A DNA stretch of 64,000 nt from the human T2T-CHM13v2.0 reference genome, Homo sapiens. The position numbers and the translations under genes are program-made. Below are positions 52,141-64,000 of this stretch, piece by piece. The notes under the pieces are model-generated. The model saw only the letters and a list, made by a program, of their open reading frames with translations, was not told the origin of the DNA and did not search any database. Numbering within the stretch: position 1 is the stretch's first letter; each line of letters starts with the position of its first letter. The DNA lies in NCBI RefSeq assembly GCF_009914755.1, contig NC_060939.1; one strand, written 5' to 3'.

Positions 52141-55100
52141 GATGAATATTATGGATTCATTTTAAATCCTTTGGCAAATCTGCTCTGGGGGCTTCTCTGT
52201 CAGAAGGTCTCTCCTTCCCAACTCTAAGAAACGTTATTCCTATGCAAATGCTGCTGAGTCAAGACGGGGAGGGAAGTGCAGAGAGAAGGGCTGGTGGCAT
52301 GGTCAGTAAGTCATGAGGGTGAGATTAGGGGTGACACACTGCTTGCCAACGTAGGAGAAGGCTCTGCCCTCACCTAGCAGGTCTGATGGAAGCCCCTTAT
52401 TCCGTCCTTCCTGCCGGGTTCCACCGAGATCCAAAAAGGAATGCTGTGTAGGAGCACATGATATGTGATAAATGAGAGAAAGGTCAAACATTTAAGGAAC
52501 GCCCAGAGAAAGTACTGCATAAGAAATGATGCGTTCCATATTCAAACACACAGATCAAGCTCTTTCTATGGGCTAAGTGGTGTGCCCCCGAAAAGCAAGG
52601 GCTTTTTGTTTTTCTGCCTTTCTCCCTACGTAGGAGGGCCTGGTTGCTGTGTGCTCTGGGAGCTTGTTGGTTTGAGCACCCTGAAGCTCCGTGCAATGCC
52701 CGCTCAGTGGGCCCCGGCAGTGCAGAGGGCGCTTCTCCCGGGGGTCCTGGTAAGAGGATCTAGGCTTTCCCTGGGGAGGACCCGGCGGGGCGAACGCAGG
52801 CTCAGCGCAAGAGCCGCAGTGACACCTTCTGGTGGCTGCCTGCACTGCAGGCTCCTTTTATGGACAAGTTTTGGGGGTGAAGCTGCAGAGGGGTACCCCT
52901 AAGGTGGCCTCTCCCTTCTCCTATCCAGGTTTGGGAGGCCACCCGGCCTCAGGCCCCTGTCAGGTCTCCCACTGCACCAAGATTGACTACATGCAGGGCG
53001 GCTGAGCTGCCTGAGGCCGGGTGGGAAGGAGGGGTGCCCTCCCCGCTACGGTGGGGAGACCTGCCCCTGTCTCTGCTCCTCCAGCTCGCTTGCAGGCACA
53101 AGCTGCTTTGCTTAAAATGTTATGTCATTAAAAATGAAATATGTTCCTTTTATTGCTTATTGTTCTATGTCCCTCTTTTTTGTGGTGTGTTTGATTTTAT
53201 TCAGATTTTAGTATTTTCCACAATGGTCTGTGACTAAAACTTAATTTAATGAGAAGAGATATATTTATTCAGTTCTTTATTTTGAAAGTGATTGAGTTAA
53301 ACATAAAACAAAGCTAGGATGAACAGTACAATTATATATCATCCAGGATATTATAAATTCTGATTTGAAGCTAAGGAAACAAACATTGGCAATCTAGCCT
53401 CATGATTAAGAACATAACAGAACATAAAATTAAATAAAAAGAAAAGCACCTTTATGACTGGCATACTCAGTGTACGCATTCCCATCAAAATGTTTTTGTA
53501 AACGTTTCCATAAGTCGCCGTAGGCAAATGGCATGTTGCGGTTTTTGAACGTTACATAGATATCTTCTATTTTCATGCATCTTCCTTGCTGTAAGACAGA
53601 TTCAAAGCAGAAGCTTACATAACCCAGAGAAGTCATGCCAAGTTTATCTGAACATCTTTTTAAAACTTTCAAGTTCTCTGATTTAGTTCTGATACACATA
53701 TTTCCATATACGTTTTTCTTGTTTGTTTGTTTGTTTAACTTACCTACTTTGTTCCTCAATTGAACATGTGGTTTTTGAGTGCCAACTACACATTGAGCCC
53801 TGTGTGAAGGTTTGGGGACAGAGGGACACTGAGCCCAGCCTCCAAGAGTCAGAAGGGAGCATTTTCAGGCCACAGTGCACTGGGTCAGGAGTGCTGCAGG
53901 AAGAGAAGCAAATACTGTGGGACTCACTAGACAATCTCAACAGGGAGGCAGTGACATCCAGGCCCTGCGGAGGACAGGGAAGCTTCTCCAAGGGCTATGG
54001 CTGGGGAGACCCTGTAAACAGACTTAGACACACACAGTGTTCATCCAGCACGAGTAGCCCTCTCAGGTGGCCCCACTCTGCCTGAGGCACTGGATTCCAA
54101 GCATGGACAGAAGGGAGGACTTGACAAGGTCGGGTGGAATGGGCCGCGACCCCGGCCTGTGTTGGAGATCTCCTGGGCAAAGATAACCAGCTGCTCTCCA
54201 TCTGGGAGTTATGGAGCCCTGTATTTTACCTGGGAAACTCATGGGCCACCAGAAACACACTTCTCTGAGTGTGTGCTTGCTTTAATGAGACTGCAGGAGA
54301 TGGAGATTTTATCAGCATGAATCACCAGTGGAGAATAATTCCTAATAGACAACCCATGGCTGTCCAAAGACCTCAAGAGCATTCCCCAATCCGAGATGGG
54401 CCGGGATGAGGTGCCCGACCTCTGTCTGGAACCTTGCCCTTGGGTGTGTCCTTGGGTTGGACACTCCCCTTCCAGCCTGCTCCTGCTCCCCTGCAGCCTC
54501 TACATAAGATCTGCAAGGGCAGCCCCTTTCTGCCAAAACTGGACTCCTGCTGCAAAGATGACCCTGGGAAGCTCAAGGGTTCCCACATTAGTGTTAACCT
54601 GTCTGCCTCAGGCAGGTTCCCAGCCCAAGAACTTTTGGCTCCCTGATGAGTTTGTGGGATGCTCTCTGACGGCACTGTCTGGCCATGAGTGGGGGACTTG
54701 AGTTCCAGCTCTCACATTCACAGCTGAGCTCTACCTCTCATGAGCAGTGTGAGCCTGGCAGACTTATTCTGTGACTGACTGGAGGCCTTAGTTTCCCCAA
54801 CTGAGAAAGGGAGATGGTAAAGGACTGAGGGGCCCGTGTGAGGCTGAGACACAGTCAGCTGTGACCACTCATAGCAAAGCCCTGGCAAGGGGCAGGCCCT
54901 CAGTGCCTGCGGTCCATCATGGCTGTGGCGTTTAGCTTTCCTGGCTGTATGGGGCACGAGAGAGCAGGGTACTTCTTAGTGACAGTGGAACTGTGAAGGG
55001 AGTGTGTCTTTGTGGCACTTTGAGCTGGAGGATTTAGCAGAGCACTTGGAGTTGTGAATGCGGTGGCCACTGGAGCAAACCTTCTCAAGTGACCCACCAT

Positions 55101-58100
55101 AACACATTTCTGGGTCTTGGGTGCTGCGGTCTCTTTTCCAAATGGTATCTTGGAGGCAGGACCAAGCCAATGTGGCCTTGGGATTCTGAATTAACTTCTT
55201 CCCAGGATGACGCTAAGGCCCTGAGACTCAGGACTGCCTTGGTGTTCTCCTCAAACAGCATTCTATTCCAGAGGACAGCATGAAAGGAATAGTATTATTT
55301 TCCTGGGTAAACGTCCCATGAAATTGACTTTAGCAACCACCAGAGGAGTAAGATGGCATGCCTTTCATCCCCCTTGAGCTCCCCTGCCAGAGAAGACTGG
55401 AGACCTCGCCTGTTGGCTCAGAGCCCAGGGAGAGGTTTCCCAGGACCAGGCATAAGCACACTAACATTTAATGAGGGTGGGTGGTCAACAGTCTTTAAGG
55501 ATGAGAGGACAAGCAGCTATTTCGGGCTAATCTGTTCTTATAGAAATGTCACTTGCTTTCTGTTATGTTTCTGAATCTGGCTGTCAGCTGGAGTCAGGCT
55601 AACAGAACACGACGTGTCAATTAAGCCACATTACAAGATTTCCCATTAGGTCTGTAATTCCAACATTTCTGAAATTATTGTAATCTGTGTCTTTAAATAT
55701 TAGGATTTATTTAGCTGATGTTCAATAGTCCCTTTAAAGATAATCTGATAAACCTCCTTTTTATTCACTTTTGAGAAAAGACCGAGGTAAAAATTAATAT
55801 ATACATGTATATCTTGCCCACACACGCTCATGATGTTTTCCTAGTTCTGGACTCAATGTATTTAATGATGATAATGACACACGTTAATCATTCAGAATGA
55901 TTTGTTATTTGTTCGCATGAATTTCTTGCTAGACTGGATGTTCTCCCAAGCTATTGAATGCTTTCAGGAGCTCAAATTGGCTCAATTAAAATGTATGAAA
56001 AGAATGTTAAAAGCACAGGAGCAAAGGTAGCAAAGTGACACCTTCTACTATCATCTGTCTGTTTTGCTCATGATCAGAAATACCAGGAAGCTGATTTCAC
56101 TTCAGTGACAGAATTAGGTGACCATGTAGAATCCAGATGGTAGGTTCAACCAAGAGTGAATTTTTGCATGCAGCAAGTATCCCAGCAAGATTTGTCTGGG
56201 AGGTTCAGTTGTCTAATTAAACATGGTGCTGAGGTTTGAATCAGCCTGTGAAGATGTTCTTTGGAAGATACCAAGAATGAAAATCAAAATGCTGTGACCT
56301 TATAATTCTGCAAAAGCAGAGGTTTTCAAAGGACTAGTTTTTAGCAAAAAACTACACTGAAAGCCCTTTGATGTAGCATTTTGGCTTTGCATCCAGTGTT
56401 TCAAAACATGAAAAATATACACATGGTAAAAATGTTTTTCTCTGTGATTTCACCATATGAAAGGAACTGGGATTTTTTCACCAGGAACACTCTGCTCAGC
56501 ATGCTGCGATGCTCCCCCAGGAGCCTTTTACTCAGAGGCAACATCATGTTCAGGTTTAAGTTATTCTCATGGCTTCTAACCGTCTAGGGCTTACCTGTCC
56601 ACCTGAGATTTTAGAGCCAGATATCATTTCTTCAAGGGAGCATCTCTCCAAACAAGGGTGCATCAGAAGTTGTTCATCTGCCAAACATAATGCTTCATTC
56701 TTCAAGATTCCCAGGGACGAGAAAGTACATAGGTGAAAAATAGCAATTGTATTGATAAGCAACCACTTAGGAAAAGAATACCATACTGTAAATTGATATA
56801 AATTATAGAAATGTTTGCAATAACTTCAATTTTAAGGGCTTAGAAACTGGTACATAATTCATTACAATTTGTATCCTCCTGAGTTTGTGCTCTTTCTGGC
56901 CCCCAAAAGAGGCTGTCCCTATTTGCTGGAAGGGGACTCAACATCCCCACATTTCAGACCTCCTCCACAAACACTGCAAAGGCACATTTCTCTCTGTCAT
57001 ATAGGAGTCTGCTCTCCTTCTTGCAGGTGAAATAAGCAGGAATATCATGTGTTTCTCATGGTCTAAGTTGGGCAAGATCTTTATATGTTAAGGGGTCAGA
57101 AATGGGGAAGGAGGCCAGTCCCTGCCACCAGGAAGTCCCACCCAGGAGGATTCCAGGTGCAGCTGGCCACAGGAATCATGAAAATCTTAAGACTAGAATG
57201 GAGAGCAAAGAAAGGAAACTCATCAAGATCAACAATAGAAGTAGAGAGGACAGGGTGTGGCCCGAGGGACAGAAGCTACTCAGATTGAGTTCCCTGAAAA
57301 TATTAATGGACTGAGTTGGTGGGCCATATGGAGAGGACTGCTGGAGATTGCCCTCGGGAGTCACCTGCTTAGGGAAGTGAGGGTGCAGGATTCAGCAGAG
57401 GGAAAAACTGATCCATAGCACGCCTGCCACCAGGAGCCATGACAGCCCTTCAGGGGAGACCAAAATCGAGGCAGTCAGGCAAGTCTATATCCATCTCCAC
57501 CTGGGAGGGGCATTTTCTCCCCTCCCCTCTGCACTTACCTAACCATACACCTCTCAAAACAGTCATGCATGAGTTATTAGTATTATTCTAGGGGATATCA
57601 GCATGGAAAGCTCTGATAGACTTACATTGCAGGAGCGGCGCTGTCTTTGAAATTTCAGACATGAGCAAATGGAGAGACAGACAGGTTGTGGCAGTGTTTG
57701 ATCCTCTGGCCATCCTGATCCGTGGCCTGCCCTCTGAAGCCATTGAGTTTTGGTCCAGGAGTGTGAGATCTGATGGACACATATGTTGGGTCCAAATAAC
57801 CAAAGTGGACTTTCCTTTAGAAGAGCAGGACGCTGATGTTTGTACCAAAAAATGGTGGGTTTGTGACAGAGGACAGTCACTACCGAAACACAAGGTATCA
57901 TGGTATGTACATGTAATTGTGCAGTGACTTCAGTAAACGTTTTAAAAATCACAGTTTTGTTGTTACATCAAGCTTGCATTATGAAAACCTCCTTCTGGTT
58001 TTATATATTTCAAGACGGAAGTGAAACAGACAAATTGCTTCAAATGAAAGGCAGCAGTTTTTGTCTCTAACATTTAATTTGTGCAGCAGTCACATGGCCA

Positions 58101-58879
58101 CATTATGCTTACACACTCTGTGCCTCACTGGGCATTAATAGGACCCCGCAGGGCAGATGCGCCTCTACATGACTCCGGGCTGGACTCTGGGTAATGATGG
58201 GCACTCTTATGTTGCCTGATAACAAGTGGTTCAATCACAGGAGGCAAAAGTGTTTCTTCTTTGAGGACAGGATGGCACGTTGAAACATTGAGACAGGACC
58301 GTAAATGGAGATACTGTTCAGATATCATTTGGAAAGGCACAGCTCCGCAGATAAGAAAATTACACACATCCTCCCTGCTCTGAGTTGCTGAGTGGTTTTG
58401 TGTCTCTGGTTTTTCACCAACACTGAAAGTAGCCTTCATAGTAAGTCACAGCAGTCGGTAGAGGGGAGGAGAGCAGACTGATTTTTGTCAGCTTTCCTGG
58501 AGTAGGGTTGGTTTGGGGCAAATTATTAAAAAGATTTGTATAACCTGGCTACATCATGATCACTAACACATTACTGAAGGTTTACTGGTCTACTCAAAGG
58601 TAATCATAAAGGAGTAATGCAACTAGCGCAAAGCAGCCAGCCTGCTACACAAGAAAGGGTATCCTATAATACATGGTATTGCTACTTATCTCAGATGTGT
58701 CGTGACTTTTTTAGCCTTTTTGTTTTAATTTCAGGCTTACAAGAAACTTGCAAGACTAGGACAAAGAATTTTTGTAGACACATATTCCTCAAATGTTGAT
58801 ATTTTACCACCCAAAGATGGTGAGAGAACTTGGGAGTTCCCTCTCTCTCTACACACACTCACACAGATAAGGTTTGGTT

Positions 58880-59110
58880 TAATTTTTGTTCTTGCTGATC
58901 CATTTGACAGCAAGTGGCAGACATGGTACCTCTTTACCCCTAAATTCTTTAGCATATATTTCCCAAAGCCAGAAATTTTTATGTAATATAAATACATTTA
59001 CAATAATCAGGGAAATATACTGATACACTACTAAGCATTCTATAGACCTTATTTAAATTTCACCATTTGTCCCAATTACGGCATTTATAGCTAAGACACA
59101 CACAGACACA

Positions 59111-59147
<37 letters not shown>

Positions 59148-59510
59148 TAACCTTCCACTCTTCCCTGTCCGCAGTGCAAGATCCAGTCTAGGATAACAAA
59201 CAAGTAACTCAGTATTTTGCCTTTCTTTTAAATGTCCTTTAATCTGGCCTGGTTCTTCAATCTCTTTAAGACACTGACATTTCGTAGTGGGCACACCAGG
59301 TATTTTGCAGGATTTTCTTGATGTTTCCTCCTGGTCAGAGCTGGGCTGTGCATTTTTAGCAGGAACACCCCAGAGGAGAGGTTGGCAGTGCTTATGCCAG
59401 GGCACAGGTGACACTGACTCGTCCCCTAACTGGTGATGTTAACTTTGATGACTCATTAGGGAGGTTGCCCAGTTTCCCCACTACCATTATTTTTCTCTCT
59501 GTAATTGATT
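58880..59510 (-). mobile_element. L1MC4/5-like 3' UTR fragment containing a (CA)n microsatellite at about 59096-59143
   Basis: ctttacccctaaattctttagcatatatttcc ... cttatttaaatttcaccatttgtcccaat ... ctggtgatgttaactttgat. Confidence 0.6.
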
Positions 59511-62500
59511 ATTACTAGGAAGGTTGTGTGCAAAACATTCCTGTGAGGACAGAATTATTACTCATTAAAAAATAAAGAACCAGAGTACAAAGTCCTATCT
59601 TCTGTTGGAGATGAAGCCAAGAATCAAATTCATGTCTCATGCTGAAGTTTAAGCTGCTTTCACTATACTGTGAAAGACAGTAGCATCAAAAGCCAAAAAA
59701 TAAATAAGTTAAATAGTTCATTTTTTAATTGATTTATAGGGCTTGTTGTTATTCCTCAAATGTACAGATTTTGATTTTTCTAGGCATAAATGGAAGAAGG
59801 TTCCCCTTTATGGGAGTTCGTTTTCAGTAGCATCAGATAAGAGGAAGAAGAACGAAAACTTGCAACATGAAGTGGTCTCCTTTCCATCTGTAGTTCGTGG
59901 AAACAAACACATGAAGCTTCTTTCAGGTTTAGGCATCTGAATCCAAAGACATCCATGGAAGCACTATCATGAGACACCGATTGCTCTTCTAGTTTAAATA
60001 GAGGGCACGCAGGCATGTGGACTCGGGAGATGGCAGAAGGAGCCCCAAGATCATGATGAGCCCACGGTCATGCAGCCAGCTGGGCTCCAGACTTCCAACT
60101 CCGGGCTCTTTCCTGCATCATATGGAGAAGATCCTTTGGAGTGGGATAAAGACATATTCCCTAAAGCTCTTGGGTGAAAATAATAAAAGGAAAAGGAATC
60201 CCATTATCTTTGATTTCCATGACTGGTCTAAACTTCACAGGGCATCATTCTCATGGATTCTTGTGTGTTAGGAACAGGCCTTTGATCGCCAGTAATTAAA
60301 AGTATCCAATCCCATGATCTAGCTTAGCTCCCTGTCTGCGGGGTAGGTCTTTTGAGGCTCTCCTCCCAGCCTCAGCCCTGTTCTGCTGGCTAACATGCAT
60401 CTGTGAACATCCTGGGTTAAGGAACGAACCCAAGCTGTGTCTTCACGGGGGTGAGAGGAGTCCTGGTCCTCTCACAGATCCAGGTTCAGGAGGTCTCTGC
60501 TCATCTCTGCAACAACCACCCTTTTCTCCCCTCATCATAAGCTCCTCCTACATCCGCTGTAGACCTGTATGGCTGCTAAAATTTGGATTTTGCTATGGGT
60601 GATAATAGAACCTTGTGCCCATGTGCCCGTGTCCCCCTGCCCACCTTGACCCTGACCTGGCCTCACTGTTTCTGTGCATCCCTCTGTGTCTCTGCAGATC
60701 TGCACCTGCAGCAGCCTGCTCCTCAGTGTCACCTCTGTGATGCCCCTGCTTCCTACTATGGGGGCATCGGGACCCTCTGTCAGCTCACTTCCCTATCCCC
60801 TGGTGGTTTGGACAGTGGGTCCCCCAGAGGCACCAAGGAGGCCCCAGTGTGTCCCTTCCACCTATGAGGACTAAGCATCCTCACATCCACTGCTTTCCGC
60901 AGGTCTCCCTGACTAGCCAGGACCCACTGCCCTGGGATTCCTTCCCAGAGGTGGAGTTTCCATCCTCGTACCCTCCTGGAGCTGCTCACTACCTCCCTCC
61001 CCCTACAAGGACACCCTGCACTCTTCCTGTCTCGTGAGAACACCCAGGACCTAGTTGTCCTAGATATTTATTTTAATCATTTAAGTGGAAGATCCCAGTC
61101 CTCCTCCTTCATCCCTAGGCCAACACACCTCTTGACCTATCCTGGATGGACCAAAGTCATAATAAAAGAAACCAGCCTACCAATAAAGGTATGTGGTGTC
61201 CAAAAGCAAAAAATAGTAGCTGCATTATTCAAAACAATTGACTAATTCTTGATGAGGTTAGGGAGGGAGAATACCACATTTTTTTTCCTAAAAGGTGTTT
61301 TATATTGCTTCATAGAGTCTACAATTTTACAATTCTCTTTTAACACAGTGCCTTGGCCATTGCATAGCGAGAGAAAGAGAGAGACTATTTCAGGATTGGG
61401 AAGGGGCTGTGCTTTCAAACAACCTTTGAAATCTTTCAGATACAAAGGGAGTATCTGTACATATTAAAGTGAAATTGAGTAGCATTGCATATAATATATG
61501 TGGTGACTTTTCTAAACTTTATATGGTTGATTATTTAAATCTGTCACCTAATTATGCATTAATTATAATATCTATTCTGTGCCATGTGGTCCTTGCTGAT
61601 TAACCTTGATAGCTGCCCCAGTTTCCCTTCTGTTGACCCAAGCAAAAAAGTCTAGATGTGAGAGAAGACAAATTGGACCACTGTGATAAGGTGTGTTTTC
61701 ACAGAAGGAGAAGTCAAAAGGGCCCAGGGGAGTTGTAGGGTCTTCTTCTGAAATCTCTCTCTCTGCTCTGTCTCCTTTCTAAGCATGCTGTTCTTATCTC
61801 CCCTTCATCTCATTGGGGTACTTTCAGGTTTGGGCCTCTCACCTCACACTGCGGCCCCAGAATGGCCAGGAATGGGACGGGAAAGCACTGCTGGGATGGG
61901 CCATCCAGCTGTAGGTCTCATAGAGAAGGGCTGTTTCTTTTCTTCATTTAATTTCTGCCACAGTGGAGAAAGGTCAGAGCTCAATGGTCAAGATCAAGGT
62001 GTGAGTTTCAGGTAATGGAGACCGGGATGCATAGTATGGGCACCTCTCATCTAGAGTTTGAACTGGTTCCTAAAGCTTGCCACCAGGAAACATGATGGAG
62101 GTGTGTGGGCAAAGCAGGTGGACACGCACACATACATGCACTCACGGAGTGCTAGGGTGGTTGGTCAAAACTGTTGCAGGGTAGAAGGTCTAGATATGAG
62201 GAATATGGAACTGGGCATGGGCTGTCCTCACAGAACCTGTGGTCTCCCTCAGAAGACAATTACATTTCTGTAAAGTTATTGCATAGCATGAATAATTATA
62301 ATAAGAACACAAGAAGAGTAATTCTGTCCAAGGTGCATAGTTGGGCATGTCCCTGTCCTGGTCATTGTTGTAGTTTTCTGCAGCATTTCACAGACCCTCA
62401 CAACACCATGTAAGTTAGGTTCCATTATTGTTACCTCCGGTTCTGCAGGACACTGAGCACAGGGGTGCAGTCACTTCCTCAGGGGCACACAGAGTGGAAC

Positions 62501-63340
62501 CCAGGCTCACTCTGAACCTGGTGCATCATCCTTCAATTACTGAAAAGGACAAGTAGACATGCTTGGGAAGAAACAAATCTATCTGCATGGGAGTCTGGGA
62601 GGCTTTATGGTAGAGACACTGAGTAAATGGAGTTTGCTGGGTGTGGGAAGGTACTGGGGAATGGAAGGCATTGAGGGGAAAGCTTGATGCCTCTCCCAAT
62701 GAAGCTCCAAGTCGAAGGAACCCCACATTCTGAAATGACCTTGGACAGATAGTCAAGGGCCAGGTAATAAGTCATTTATATTTTCTGAAACTTGAGTTTA
62801 AGTCATCCTTTCTCCTTCATTGTTTTGAAAAGTTTTATATGTTCACCATCCTCTCTGGCATTTATGCTTTTTAGTTTTACCTTGCTTATGTGTAATATTA
62901 AAATGCACTAAGCAACTTAATTACATGGATGATTTAAAGGATTTCTGAATTTTAGAAAGCTTCAGAAGTCACTTTATCCAGCATCAGTAGCTTTATACCA
63001 TAGATGTTCAGAGTGCTAGCTAGCAGAAAGTTCTAGATAATGCAAGTGAGTTCAGCAAAATAACAGAATGGTGAAAGAATACAAAAACAAGGAGATCTCC
63101 CAGAGCAAATGTCATGTAAATGACCTTTCAATTAAGGAGAACGTGAAGGATAACGAGGAAAATTGCCTGACCAGAAAGCTCTGTTAGGAATGATGGTTGA
63201 ACCAACCTGTAAACAATGCCATTGTAGACAGTTCTGCTTCAACCTGAAATGATGCAGCCATGCTGCCTAAAAACTGGAAGATATTCTAGGAATATCTTTG
63301 GTGTATGAACATGGGCTCTCCACTATGAAATTATGGTATT

Positions 63341-63652
<312 letters not shown>

Positions 63653-64000
63653 CTAAGAAAAACCTTTCAGATGTGGGCACGGACCCAGATCTCCACCGTC
63701 CTCTTTTCTCACCTTGGGGAGGCTGAGGACAGATGTTCCTTCTGCCCCTTACTCACCAGCTTCTTATGTGAGGCCATCAGTTCCAACGTGGAAGCGTAGT
63801 AGGTTGGATGCTGATTGCATACCCCTTTTAGCACGCTCTAATCAATTAAATTTTCAGTTCTTGAAAAACAAAGCCATTCTTTAAAATATGCCTTTAATGG
63901 AATTCAGCAGCAAATGCATTGAAAGCAGCATGCTTCCATGGAATTAAATATTGGGGTTACTCACTTATCATCTCAGGTCCTCTGTTTCCACATCTATCAA

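Noticed and set aside
57310-57470. Possible LTR16/ERVL-type LTR relic
   Set aside because: Resemblance too weak to call without a profile search.
57531-57545. U1 snRNA-like start (acttacct)
   Set aside because: Similarity stops after 8 nt.

Overview
Human (or very close great-ape) genomic DNA from inside GABRG3, the GABA-A receptor gamma-3 subunit gene (15q12 cluster), which runs on the + strand. Only two coding exons lie in the window: 20604-20824 (221 bp) and 22601-22683 (83 bp, Cys-loop exon), probably exons 4 and 5, separated by a 1776-bp intron and flanked by very long introns. The supplied ORF track misses both. The rest is intronic: a 3-kb self-complementary AT-rich minisatellite running off the left edge, a 1.3-kb TG-rich tandem array, a decayed processed pseudogene of SERPINE2 (about 34245-35185), nine Alus including one AluYa5, many old L1M fragments (two nested clusters, one with a twin-primed inversion), an MLT1 LTR, hAT DNA transposons and MIR/L2 relics. 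Nearly all listed ORFs are spurious or repeat-derived. There is no CRISPR array, rRNA, tRNA or prokaryotic system, and I cannot support a wholly new biological system from sequence alone. The best leads are RNA-processing hypotheses (circRNA of the two exons, an in-frame cryptic acceptor, inverted-Alu editing, a UG-rich array) and the palindromic forkhead-motif array. Repeat subfamily names and reference-protein comparisons are from memory, not from a database search; boundaries of old repeats are approximate.
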